A DNA stretch of 64,000 bases, taken from Promethearchaeota archaeon. Lineage in GTDB: Archaea > Asgardarchaeota > Lokiarchaeia > Sigyniarchaeales > SOKP01. Both the position numbers and the translations under genes were made by a program. The DNA is taken from assembly GCA_048937405.1 (NCBI GenBank), contig JBHLNF010000015.1:661-64660 (forward strand), in the 5' to 3' direction. The notes beneath the pieces were generated by a model. That model was not told where the DNA came from. It did not search any database and saw only the letters and a program-made list of their open reading frames with translations. This document shows, one piece after another, positions 46,745 to 56,324 of this stretch (position 1 is its first letter; each line of letters begins with the position of its first letter).

Positions 46745-48577
46745 CTATTTTGGAATGTAATAATACTCATTTATTCTTTTTTGATAAATATCCTTATTAC
46801 TTCCTAATTTATTTACACGAGGTCTTTTAGTTGTAGGATCTCTCCTAAATGTTATTTCCATCATTCTGAGAAATGAATTAAATCCATCTCTTAAATTCTG
46901 AGGAGGATTTGCTTTACCTTCTAACCCTGGGATCCCTTCAAAAACTAATATAGAATCAGCTATAAAATCTTGTGTTATAATGTCATGTTCCACTACGAAA
47001 CTGGATTTTTTCAATTCTTCAATAGATTTTCTTATCAGCTGGGCTACTTGTAGTCTCATCTCAACATCTAAAAATGCTGAAGGCTCATCTAATAAATAGA
47101 TATCAGCGTCCTCTGAAAGACAAATAGCAATGGCTACTCTTTGCAATTCTCCTCCACTCAACTCGGAGAAATTACGTTCTCTTATATTCTCTAGGTTTAG
47201 ATTATTTATCAATCTCTTTTTATAGGAAGGACTAAGATGAGGTGATAATTTTATTTGAGTTATAAGATCAGAAACAGAATTATCATTATTAATTTTAATA
47301 TATTGAGATTTTACTGAAACCCTTAATTTTTGGGCATTATCTTCACGATATTCCTCTATTTTTTCATCAGAAACTTTATTTTCTGCATTAATTGCTCCTG
47401 CTATTGAATTAATAAAGGTAGTTTTACCGATTCCATTAGGTCCTAAAATTCCTATAATTTCACCAGCATGAAGTTCACTCCCAGAACCAGTTAAATGAAA
47501 ATTCCCCATAGAAGTATCAATATCTTCATATGTATAAGTAACGTCTCCAGAATCAAATAATGATTCTTGAGGTGGACGTTCATGGAATATGATAGGCGTT
47601 TCTCTGAATCGGACATTTTCATCTTTAATATATCCATTTAAATATATATTGATTCCAACTCTAACACCTTGGGGGTGAGAAATGATTCCATAGACACCAG
47701 GTTGACCATATAAAATCGATACATAATCACTTAGATAATCTAAAATTGCTAAATCATGTTCTACAACAATTACCGTTTTATCCTTTTCTGATAAAGTACG
47801 GATTAATTTAGCCATATTAATACGTTCACTCACATCTAAATAAGAACTTGGTTCGTCAAATAGATATATATCTCCATTTTTGAGATAAGCAGCAGCAATC
47901 GCCACTCTTTGTAATTCTCCTCCAGATAATACCTCAATCTCTCTATCCAAGATTTCTGAGAGATTTAAATTTTCTGAAATCTGATCTAGTTGTCCTTCAA
48001 TGTCGTTTTTATTTAATAGATCGTTAACTTTTCCAGCTACAAATTTTGGTATCCTAGTAATATCTTGAGGTTTATGAATAATCTTGCTATTTCCCTTTTT
48101 CAATTCAATAAAGTATTGATGTAATTCAGAACCTTTAAAATACTCGATAATTTCTTTCCAGTTAGGTGATTCATCTTCAAATTTTCCAAAATTTATAGTT
48201 AGTTCATTAGATAATATTTTTAACAATGTACTTTTACCTATTCCATTTTGACCTATTATCCCAAGTACTTTTCCTTTTTTAGGAATCGCCATACGAAATA
48301 ATGAGAATTGATCTTGACCATATCGATATGTTATTTGATTCTCTAATGGATCTGGTAAATTTACGATAGTAATGGCATTAAAAGGACATTTTTTAACACA
48401 AATACCTTCACCAGAACATAAACTTTCTGTAATTATTACATTTTTCTCGTCTGGACTTAACACGATAGTTTTATCTCCTGTTCTCACCCTAGGACAATAT
48501 TTTATACATGGTTTTTCTCCAAAAGGACTACATTTATCAGGTTTACAAAAATCCTTATTTAAAACAGCAATCCTCAT
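46745..48577 (-). CDS. ABCE1 / RNase L inhibitor (ribosome recycling ATPase)
   Basis: 610 aa. N-terminal 4Fe-4S ferredoxin motifs (CKPDKCSPFGEKPCIKYCP, CSGEGICVKKCPFNAI). Two ABC cassettes (GQNGIGKST / LSGGELQR / LFDEPSS and GPNGIGKTT / LSGGELQR / LLDEPSA). Confidence 0.92.
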   Translation of the reverse strand: MRIAVLNKDFCKPDKCSPFGEKPCIKYCPRVRTGDKTIVLSPDEKNVIITESLCSGEGICVKKCPFNAITIVNLPDPLENQITYRYGQDQFSLFRMAIPKKGKVLGIIGQNGIGKSTLLKILSNELTINFGKFEDESPNWKEIIEYFKGSELHQYFIELKKGNSKIIHKPQDITRIPKFVAGKVNDLLNKNDIEGQLDQISENLNLSEILDREIEVLSGGELQRVAIAAAYLKNGDIYLFDEPSSYLDVSERINMAKLIRTLSEKDKTVIVVEHDLAILDYLSDYVSILYGQPGVYGIISHPQGVRVGINIYLNGYIKDENVRFRETPIIFHERPPQESLFDSGDVTYTYEDIDTSMGNFHLTGSGSELHAGEIIGILGPNGIGKTTFINSIAGAINAENKVSDEKIEEYREDNAQKLRVSVKSQYIKINNDNSVSDLITQIKLSPHLSPSYKKRLINNLNLENIRERNFSELSGGELQRVAIAICLSEDADIYLLDEPSAFLDVEMRLQVAQLIRKSIEELKKSSFVVEHDIITQDFIADSILVFEGIPGLEGKANPPQNLRDGFNSFLRMMEITFRRDPTTKRPRVNKLGSNKDIYQKRINEYYYIPK

Positions 48578-48716
48578 TATTTAACTCACCATTAATGAAA
48601 AATAAAAATGAAAAATATAATTTGCTAACGTTAAATATACTATTATACATAATAGAAAAATTTTTGTAAAACAGAATATTACTTCATTAGTCAAAAAGCT
48701 GTTTAGTGAAGAAAAT

Positions 48717-50423
48717 ATGAGTAATAATTTTCCAGTTCATTGGTTAGAAGAAATAGTTAAGGAAATTTTGTCACGTAAACCTAAAGAAATTACGCTTTCT
48801 ACTGGTAAAACTCCTTCAGGGCATATTCATTTAGGAATTTTACGTGAAATTATAATTTGTGATGCATTACGAAGAATATTCGAGGATAAAGGTAAAAAGG
48901 TTAATAATTTATTATTCTTTGATAGTTTGGATGCAGCTAAAAGGTTTCCTGGATATATTCCTAAAAGTTTTCAAAAAATTCATTTAGGAAAGCCATTTTC
49001 AATGATACCATGTCCATATGAAGATTGCAATTGTGAAAGTTATGCTCACCATTTTGGTAATGAACTAATAGAAGTATTACCTCAATTTGGAATTCAGATA
49101 ACTATAATTTGGACTCATGAGTTATATAAAAAAAAAAAAATGCAAGAAAAAATAAAAATTGCTCTTGAAAAAACTGATAAAATTAAAGAAATCTTGAGGA
49201 AATATATTATTCCTACTTTAAGAGAAGAAGATAAGGAGGAATTCATAGAAATGCAAAAAGATTGGATGCCAGTAATGGTGATTTGTGAGAAATGTGATAG
49301 AATTCAACATCGCAGTATTGATGGATCTATAAAACCAAATAGAGTTAAAAAATATATAGGAAATAAAGAGATCGTCTCATATGTATGTCAAGCTTGTGGG
49401 TATTCCGGAAACCTTTCGATTTGGAGCGGAAGATTGAAATTAAATTGGCGTGTAGATTGGCCTGCAAAATGGGCTTTATATGAAACCACTTGTGAACCTG
49501 CAGGTAAAGATCATAGTGTCAAAGGTGGTGCTTATGATACAGGAATTGAATTATGTCAAGAATTATATAATTATGTTGGACCAGTTAAAGTGCCTTATGA
49601 ATGGCTAAGATTAGGTGAACAAGACATGGGAACTTCAAAAGGTCATATATTTACACCAAAAAATTACTTAGAAATGGCTGATCCTGAAATTTATCGAACA
49701 ATAATTTTAAGAACTAATCCATTAAAACATATTACTTTTAGAATTGAAGAAATTTCCCAGTATTATGACTATTATGAAAGAATGGAAAACATTTATTATA
49801 AATTGGAGAAAACAGAAAACTCTGAGGAGAATAAGATTTTTAATTATCTATATCCCTTAACTCAGATATCTAAGATATCTGAGGTAAAAACGAAAAGATT
49901 ACCTGTAAAACTTTTAACTTTTTTAACACAACTTAAAAATATTCTCAGTATTGATAAGCTCTACCAGAAAGCAAAAATGTTTATGGAAAAAAACAAATTT
50001 AAAAAAATAATTACAAAAAATGAATTCGAAATACTCATCAACCAAACACAAAATTGGCTAGAAGAAGTAAACAAAATATTAGAAAATGAAAAGGATCCAA
50101 AAGTTAAGAGGGAAATAATACAAAAGGTAGAAATCTTTACAATCCCAAATGAAATTGATAATAATTTTGTGAAAAATATGAATGAAAAACAAGTTGAAGG
50201 AATAAGATTACTTAAAGATTATTTAGAGAAAACTGATTTCTTAGATGCTGATTCTATTCAAAATAAGATTTTTAATATTGCTAAAAATGATCTAAAAATT
50301 CCTCCAAGAAAATTATTTGAAACACTTTATCAAATTATCCTAAGTAAAAAGAATGGTCCTCGAATGGGACCATTTTTATCTATGTTAGATAAAGAGTGGT
50401 TATTGAAGAGAATCAGTATATAA
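48717..50423 (+). CDS. Lysyl-tRNA synthetase, class I
   Basis: 568 aa. TPSGHIHLGILREI (HIGH-type), cysteine cluster CEKCDR...CQACG, GKDH, and a KMSKS-like MGTSKG. Confidence 0.85.
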   Translation: MSNNFPVHWLEEIVKEILSRKPKEITLSTGKTPSGHIHLGILREIIICDALRRIFEDKGKKVNNLLFFDSLDAAKRFPGYIPKSFQKIHLGKPFSMIPCPYEDCNCESYAHHFGNELIEVLPQFGIQITIIWTHELYKKKKMQEKIKIALEKTDKIKEILRKYIIPTLREEDKEEFIEMQKDWMPVMVICEKCDRIQHRSIDGSIKPNRVKKYIGNKEIVSYVCQACGYSGNLSIWSGRLKLNWRVDWPAKWALYETTCEPAGKDHSVKGGAYDTGIELCQELYNYVGPVKVPYEWLRLGEQDMGTSKGHIFTPKNYLEMADPEIYRTIILRTNPLKHITFRIEEISQYYDYYERMENIYYKLEKTENSEENKIFNYLYPLTQISKISEVKTKRLPVKLLTFLTQLKNILSIDKLYQKAKMFMEKNKFKKIITKNEFEILINQTQNWLEEVNKILENEKDPKVKREIIQKVEIFTIPNEIDNNFVKNMNEKQVEGIRLLKDYLEKTDFLDADSIQNKIFNIAKNDLKIPPRKLFETLYQIILSKKNGPRMGPFLSMLDKEWLLKRISI

Positions 50424-50462
50424 GTTTTTAAAGTTGTATTTTTTATAAAAAAAAAGTACTAA

Positions 50463-50741
50463 TTATAAATTCTCATTTTCTCCAGAATCATCAGTATTTT
50501 CATAGATTCTTTCTTTTTCACCATTTTTATCTTTCTTTCGAAAAAACCTTCTCTTTTTCTTTTCTTTAAGGATTTTATAACATTCAGGACAATATGTAAA
50601 AGCTTCAGATATCATTTCTCCACATTTTTTACAATGTTTATGTGGATATACATAGATTTCTGTTTTTTTTTTATATCTTTCAAATTTACTCAAGTTAAAT
50701 CTCCATAGTTTGAAAGTATATAATTGCTTAAGAATTATCAC
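50463..50741 (-). CDS. Small zinc-ribbon protein (DUF2116-like) with a basic/acidic tail
   Basis: PHKHCKKCGEMISEAFTYCPECYKILKEKKKRRFF. Start uncertain: track GTG at 50741, or an internal TTG giving MSKFERYKK. Confidence 0.4.
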   Translation of the reverse strand: MIILKQLYTFKLWRFNLSKFERYKKKTEIYVYPHKHCKKCGEMISEAFTYCPECYKILKEKKKRRFFRKKDKNGEKERIYENTDDSGENENL

Positions 50742-50905
50742 TTTTTTGCTTCAATTATATCACTGGAATTAATTTTATATTGATTTATAGTGAAATTATT
50801 TGAATAAAATCCTAAGTAAATAAAAAAAATTAATCTTAAGGCGTTTCAACACCATATTTTAAAAAAAAATATGTTTATATAAATTCTATTAAAATTATTA
50901 GTGCA

Positions 50906-52027
50906 ATGGTTAAAAAGGCCAAATATAGACTTTTTTCATATATGATTGAAGATCAGCTAATTTACTATAAGAGCATAAAAAAGAAAGACAAAATTCTTGC
51001 TTTTGCAATTTTTGAATTTATGGATTTTAATTTAGTAGAATCTCTATTAGGTGATTATTTAAGGAAACGAGTCATTCATTATTTTTCTATTCAGATAGAT
51101 ACAGAGGAAAATAGTAAAAAAGTCTTACTTCTTAATTTTGAGGATTACAAGAAAGAAAATATAATTAAGAGCTTTAACATTATTAACCAAAATTTATCCG
51201 AAATTGAAAATTCTATCAATTTTTTAAAAGATAAAATATTGGAAAAGAAATTTTTAACTATTTTCTTTCAAGATATTAATTCTAATACAATTATCTCTAA
51301 AATATCTGAAGCTATTACAATTAAAACTGAAGATAAATTTAACATTTTTAATTTTTATAAAATTAATCTTGATTTAATTGAACAGAGAAAATCATTTATC
51401 ATAAATTTCTTAAATTTAATCGAAAGTCTTAATAGAAGAGGATTTTTAATCTTTAATTTTCAAATAGAGAATAATAAAGATATACAAATTTCTGCCTATT
51501 TTGCAGATATATCTGAAAAAAATGTGGAAAATTCTAATCTTGAAAAAGACATTAATAATTTCTTTGATTGTACTTTAATAAACAGGCAGAATATTAAAAT
51601 TCAGCAAATTTTTAACTATTTTTGGAGATTAGGAGTAACAAATACTTTCTTTTTCCTCAAAGATTTACATAATCTATTTTCTCTGAAAAGGAACACAAAC
51701 TCACTAAATTTAACTGATATTAATAAACACATTGAAAAAAATTTAGCAAAAAATAATATCGAATATGTACGACTAAGTACTAATCTATTATTTATTGAAT
51801 ATTACTATTTATTTTTAATATTAGAAAATATAGATTCTGAGTATATTCATCGTATTTTACAAGAACGCTATCCTAAATACTTTATATATATTTTAATATT
51901 AAATAATTTTGGTTATGAAAAATTATTGAAAATGGAATCAATTAAATCTCTAGATAATATTACAATAATCCATCCAGAAGAAATTCAAAAATTAAATTAT
52001 CAAGAATTTAAAAAAGTTAATAGCTAA
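50906..52027 (+). CDS. Hypothetical protein (N/I/F/K-rich)
   Basis: 373 aa, ATG start, no motif recognised. Its 3' end overlaps the uL23 gene by 4 nt in convergent orientation. Confidence 0.45.
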   Translation: MVKKAKYRLFSYMIEDQLIYYKSIKKKDKILAFAIFEFMDFNLVESLLGDYLRKRVIHYFSIQIDTEENSKKVLLLNFEDYKKENIIKSFNIINQNLSEIENSINFLKDKILEKKFLTIFFQDINSNTIISKISEAITIKTEDKFNIFNFYKINLDLIEQRKSFIINFLNLIESLNRRGFLIFNFQIENNKDIQISAYFADISEKNVENSNLEKDINNFFDCTLINRQNIKIQQIFNYFWRLGVTNTFFFLKDLHNLFSLKRNTNSLNLTDINKHIEKNLAKNNIEYVRLSTNLLFIEYYYLFLILENIDSEYIHRILQERYPKYFIYILILNNFGYEKLLKMESIKSLDNITIIHPEEIQKLNYQEFKKVNS

Positions 52028-52287
52028 AAGATCCCTAAATCAATAGCAATATCTTGAGCCGAAAAATCAGGATGTAGTTTAATAAAAGCCTTTTTCTCAC
52101 CCATAGGAGTAATCAAGGTGTTAACTTTTATAACTTTGACATGGTGCAGTTTTTCGATTACTCTTTTAATTTGATTTTTATTTGTTCTTCTATCCACAAT
52201 AAATACAAGTTTATTCTCTTTTTCGATCAAGTCAAATGTTTTTTCGGTGATTAGAGGTTTTTTAATAATTTTATAAAAACTCTCCAC
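52024..52287 (-). CDS. rpl23: Ribosomal protein uL23
   Basis: 87 aa, GTG start directly after the uL4 stop. IIKKPLITEKTFDLIEKENKLVFIVDRRTNKNQIKRVIEKL..VKVIKVNT. Confidence 0.85.
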   Translation of the reverse strand: MESFYKIIKKPLITEKTFDLIEKENKLVFIVDRRTNKNQIKRVIEKLHHVKVIKVNTLITPMGEKKAFIKLHPDFSAQDIAIDLGIF

Positions 52288-53076
52288 TTATACACTCACC
52301 TCGATATTATTCAATTCGTTAAAAGCAGATTGGGTCCAAAGAATTAGCCTTCCAGATGTTCCACCAGGAGCTAAAGCAGCAATTGATAAATTTTCGACTT
52401 TAATAACATCTGTTCCAGGAATATTTCTTGACGCTTTAACAATTCCAAAATCATCTTTAATTACCATTAATATTCCTTTCTTTTTTTTATATTTTCTACC
52501 TCTAGATTTACCTTTTCCAGCTCTAATCTTTCTTGAATTCTTTATTTTAACCAAATCTTCTTTTAATCCTAAATTACATAAAATGGAATAGATTCTTGCA
52601 GTTTTTTTTATTGTTTGGATTTTATCATCAATAACTAATGGGATTTCAGGTATATTCTTAAGATTAAAACCACCCTTTTTAACCCATAATTCATCTCCAG
52701 AGGCTGCAATAGCAGAAAAGATGGAATGCTTATTCAATTGTTTATTAACCTTTTTTTTAATCTTTTTATCGGATTTTATAGGATGTGTTTGTCGACCTCC
52801 TTTAGAAAAGGGAACACGTCCTACATGTCTAGCTGTTATAAAACCCCCTCCTTTAATTCTAGGTGCTCTTGACATACCATGTCCAGTCCCCCAACTTTCA
52901 GCGGTATTTCTTAATCCTGCTCTTTTATCTCTTCCTTGTATTTGCTTATTTTTACCTTGAGATATCGAATTAACCATCTGAATTAAGTCTATTCTCGGTT
53001 TAAGTTCAAATATTTTAGGTTTATCTACAAGACTTTTTTTCTTTCCTTCTAAATTATAAACATTAATCTTTTCCAT
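52288..53076 (-). CDS. rpl4: Ribosomal protein uL4 (L4/L1e)
   Basis: 262 aa. ESWGTGHGMSRAPRIKGG, ...ARHVGRVPF.KGGR..HP, position between uL3 and uL23. Confidence 0.9.
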   Translation of the reverse strand: MEKINVYNLEGKKKSLVDKPKIFELKPRIDLIQMVNSISQGKNKQIQGRDKRAGLRNTAESWGTGHGMSRAPRIKGGGFITARHVGRVPFSKGGRQTHPIKSDKKIKKKVNKQLNKHSIFSAIAASGDELWVKKGGFNLKNIPEIPLVIDDKIQTIKKTARIYSILCNLGLKEDLVKIKNSRKIRAGKGKSRGRKYKKKKGILMVIKDDFGIVKASRNIPGTDVIKVENLSIAALAPGGTSGRLILWTQSAFNELNNIEVSV

Positions 53077-53096
53077 AAAATCACGGAATTTAGGTA

Positions 53097-54116
53097 TTAT
53101 CTCTTTTGTTGGCTTTCTCGGCTTACAAACGTTATTTCTGGGGTATTTAAAATAAAAGATCTTATAGGTCTGATAGTTTTTCTTATTCTAATTAATCTTT
53201 TTTTAGGTCCAGGAATAGAACCCAAGATTAATAAATAATCTCCATTAATTCTACCATATCTTATAAATCCCCCTTTTGTATTAATTTCTTCTTCATTTTC
53301 CCCTATTAACATAATTCTTTTATGGTATTCTGTTCTTTGATGAAATCCTAATTGACCAGCTCTTGGAACAGTATAAAGAACTCTAGCGGGGTGCCATGGA
53401 CCAATACACGCAACAGCTCTCTTTATTTTATTATTTTTTCGAGTTAAAATTTTAATTCCAAATCTTTTAACAGGTCCCTGAAATCCTTTTCCCTTAGTCA
53501 CTGCAATAACATCAACTAATTCTCCATTTTTTAAAACATCACGCACTCTAATTTCCTTCCCTAAATGTTCATAGGCATAATTGAATTGATCTTTAGAAAT
53601 TTGTTTTGAATTAATTTTTATTTCAATAATATCTGGTTTTTTTCTAGGGATCGAAGTTTTGTAAGGCTGTGTTTGAAAAACTCCTCTAACTTCGCTTGTT
53701 TCATCTAAATTTTTTAAAATTTTCTTTTTAATATCATTAGGATTATATCTGTCTAAATTTGGTAGATTTATTTTTCGAGATAAATAATGGTTGAATTCTT
53801 GAGTATACAATTCTCCAATAATATATTTACCATATTCATCTTCATTATAAATCCTTATACCAATAAGAATTAACGGTGGAACTTCAATAATGGTAACTGG
53901 TTTCATTAATTCCTTTCCAAAATAAGGACTATTTTTTTGGTCTTCAATATATGAAATATGGGTCATTCCTGCTTTAAATCCAGCAAAACCAAGAAAATTA
54001 ATCTCATCTGAATTATCCAACCAATGTCGAACACGAGCTTTCATTTGTGTTGCTCTCTTTCTAGGGAGAAATGCTAATGATCCATGTCTCGGTGCGTGTT
54101 TTTTACGATGAGCCAT
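53097..54116 (-). CDS. rpl3: Ribosomal protein uL3
   Basis: 339 aa. MAHRKKHAPRHGSLAFLPRKRA, FKAGMTHI, VTKGKGFQGPVKRFG, GPWHPARV, AGQLGFHQRTE. Confidence 0.92.
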   Translation of the reverse strand: MAHRKKHAPRHGSLAFLPRKRATQMKARVRHWLDNSDEINFLGFAGFKAGMTHISYIEDQKNSPYFGKELMKPVTIIEVPPLILIGIRIYNEDEYGKYIIGELYTQEFNHYLSRKINLPNLDRYNPNDIKKKILKNLDETSEVRGVFQTQPYKTSIPRKKPDIIEIKINSKQISKDQFNYAYEHLGKEIRVRDVLKNGELVDVIAVTKGKGFQGPVKRFGIKILTRKNNKIKRAVACIGPWHPARVLYTVPRAGQLGFHQRTEYHKRIMLIGENEEEINTKGGFIRYGRINGDYLLILGSIPGPKKRLIRIRKTIRPIRSFILNTPEITFVSRESQQKR

Positions 54117-54273
54117 TATTTATCACAAATACTTTTGGAAATGAATTATTGAAAATAAATAAATTTTTTCATTTGAATTTCAATTTTGACATATCCGCGA
54201 ATATATAAAAGGGGGTTATTTAAATCTTTCTTTATATAAATAGTACAAATGGCTCTAAAAAATCTGACTTATT

Positions 54274-54879
54274 TTGAAGAAAGAGAGAATTTTGATGGAA
54301 AAAAAGAACCTTTTTTTTTTAAAAAGTAAATTTTTATATACACTAGAATTGCTAGAAAATATTATAGAGAAAAAAAAGCTGTTAATAAATATGAAAAATT
54401 TAAAATTAAAAGGACTGAAATATAATAAAGGAAAATATTTTTTATTTAGCGATAGATTTGTATTTTTTCCTCCTCAAGTTATAGATGTATTATCATCTAT
54501 TTATGGAGAGGGAGTAAAATCTTTATTAGTCTGGCTTGGAAAGAAAGCAGGTTGGACACTAATACAAAATTGGGATGAAAATCTAAAATCGAAAACCCTG
54601 GAAGATTTGATTAATCAGTGTTGTAATATATTAAATAATCACGGTTGGGGAAGATTTGTTCCTCGACAAATATCTGCTGAATTAATTATAGTGAATTTAT
54701 TTCACAATATTTCTTCAGAATTAGAAAATAAATCAAAATATTTTTGTTATTTTGTTAAGGGATTACTCACAGGTATAGGAGAATTCGCATTATATAGAGT
54801 TAACGTTAATGAAACTCAATGCTGTTTAGAATTATTGAATTTGGATTTTTGTGAATACAAAATAGAAAAAATAAAATAA
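54274..54879 (+). CDS. V4R-domain protein (Bet3/TRAPP-like 4-vinyl-reductase fold)
   Basis: 201 aa (TTG at 54274, or ATG at 54295). GEGVKSLLVWLGKKAGW, HGWGRF, CYFVKGLLTGIGEFAL..VNVNETQCCLELLNLDFCEYKI fits the V4R C-terminal pattern (C.f..G...G....v.v.E..C...G...C.f.I). Confidence 0.55.
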   Translation: MKKERILMEKKNLFFLKSKFLYTLELLENIIEKKKLLINMKNLKLKGLKYNKGKYFLFSDRFVFFPPQVIDVLSSIYGEGVKSLLVWLGKKAGWTLIQNWDENLKSKTLEDLINQCCNILNNHGWGRFVPRQISAELIIVNLFHNISSELENKSKYFCYFVKGLLTGIGEFALYRVNVNETQCCLELLNLDFCEYKIEKIK

Positions 54880-54880
54880 T

Positions 54881-55276
54881 TCACCAAGGATCCCACTCTT
54901 CAGGATTTAATTCATCACTGTTCTTATTTTCAAGATTTTTTTCCATAGAATCAGAAGGTATTTGATATAAATTATCTTTCAAATTTGGAATCTGTTCTTT
55001 AACTTCTTCCTGATCTTTTTCAATTAAAGATAATTCTTCTTCTAGTGTAAAAGATTCTTCTCCAATAACCACATCTTTAAAAGCCAAGATTAGAGAAAGA
55101 AAATTAAAAAATTCCTCTTTATTCATCTTAACTCTTACTGAACTATCCCCATTCATAAGTGCTAGTTTAATAATCCGAACTTCACCACTAATCTCAACAG
55201 AAGTAAGTTCAATATTTTCCTTTTGGTCTTTTAGTTGAATTTTCCAAGAAGTTTCTCTCGATTTTTCAATCTCCAT
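54881..55276 (-). CDS. Acidic hypothetical protein
   Basis: 131 aa, ATG start, Glu-rich C-terminal half, no family recognised. Confidence 0.4.
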   Translation of the reverse strand: MEIEKSRETSWKIQLKDQKENIELTSVEISGEVRIIKLALMNGDSSVRVKMNKEEFFNFLSLILAFKDVVIGEESFTLEEELSLIEKDQEEVKEQIPNLKDNLYQIPSDSMEKNLENKNSDELNPEEWDPW

Positions 55277-55361
55277 GTTATATTTATCACATTAATAATT
55301 TATTAAATTACATTAATTTAATAAAAATTATTAAATTTAAAATTAATTCCAAATTTATCAA

Positions 55362-55993
55362 TTATACTGTAAGGTTTATTAAACAAACGAATAAATATGC
55401 AAGAATAATTAATACAATGAGTGGTGAACGAATCTGAACCAATATTTGAAATTTCGCTTTTTTATAATTATAAACTAAAAATAAAGACCTATAAATATAT
55501 TTATCTTCTTTAGAAATGGTTAGTTTTGAATAATCTAAGAACTTATAAAAACTCATAATAAAAAGTTTTTGAAATCTTGAAAATCTTGAAATAAAGCTAA
55601 AGAAAGTTATGAATGAACAATTATCTTTTATTATTCTATTTAAAAAATAATTAAATATAAATTTTAAGATAATAATAAAAGAAAAGAATAAGTAGAAAGA
55701 CGTTATAATGTTAATACTTAGATATTTTATTGGATGTGTTAAAAATATCAAAATAATGAGTTTTCCATCACTACCTCCAATAATCTTTATATTAAATAAA
55801 AGGAGTGATGTAAGAAATGTGAGGAAAAAAAAAAAAAAAACCCAAAGATAATGATTATAAAATAATATGGAAAATATAAACACTCAAATATATTTAGGAA
55901 AAAACTTAGACCGAACGCTAATTTAAAAAAAGAATTTGGAATTTTTCGATATTTTATATCAAAATAAGCCACAATTAAAAATGAAATTTCCAT
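55362..55993 (-). pseudogene. A24-family prepilin/preflagellin peptidase (FlaK/PibD/TadV-like), split by a frameshift inside a 16-nt homopolymer
   Basis: - Track ORF 55787..55993 carries the first catalytic-Asp motif AYFDIKYRKIPN.
- Track ORF 55362..55883 carries the second, IIGGSDGKLII.
- The two frames meet at A16 (plus strand 55825..55840), which encodes a poly-Phe run.
- Shifting by one nucleotide joins them into one polytopic peptidase. Confidence 0.6.
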
Positions 55994-56031
55994 AAAAAAT
56001 TATATTTAATAAAATTATCAGTGAAACCATA

Positions 56032-56283
56032 TTATAAATAATCCCCTTCCCAGATTTCTATAAACTTCTTAAGACTTCTTGCTTTAATATTTTCCATTCT
56101 AAATCTAAATATTTTTATTCTCCCAAACTTCTTTTCTTGTATTAAATTATTCATCACAAGGAATCTTAAATGCTTTGAAACACAGTTATAGTTTAACTTT
56201 GTTTTACTAATTATTTGTGAAATTGTTAATTCTTCATTTATAGCGAGAAATTTTAAAATTTTGACTCTGGCTCGTGAACCCAT
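56032..56283 (-). CDS. ArsR-family winged-helix regulator
   Basis: 83 aa. RARVKILKFLAINEELTISQIISKTKLNYNCVSKHLRFLVMNNLIQEKKFGRIKIFRF. Confidence 0.65.
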   Translation of the reverse strand: MGSRARVKILKFLAINEELTISQIISKTKLNYNCVSKHLRFLVMNNLIQEKKFGRIKIFRFRMENIKARSLKKFIEIWEGDYL

Positions 56284-56324
56284 TAGATCTTCAATTAATT
56301 TTTTTTTTTCAAGGGGATTTACAA

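Noticed and set aside
49128-49140. A13 homopolymer inside the LysRS gene as a frameshift site
   Set aside because: The run is in frame (encodes KKKK within ELYKKKKMQEK) and the gene is intact on both sides. I used it only as an internal control for the A16 frameshift in the peptidase gene.
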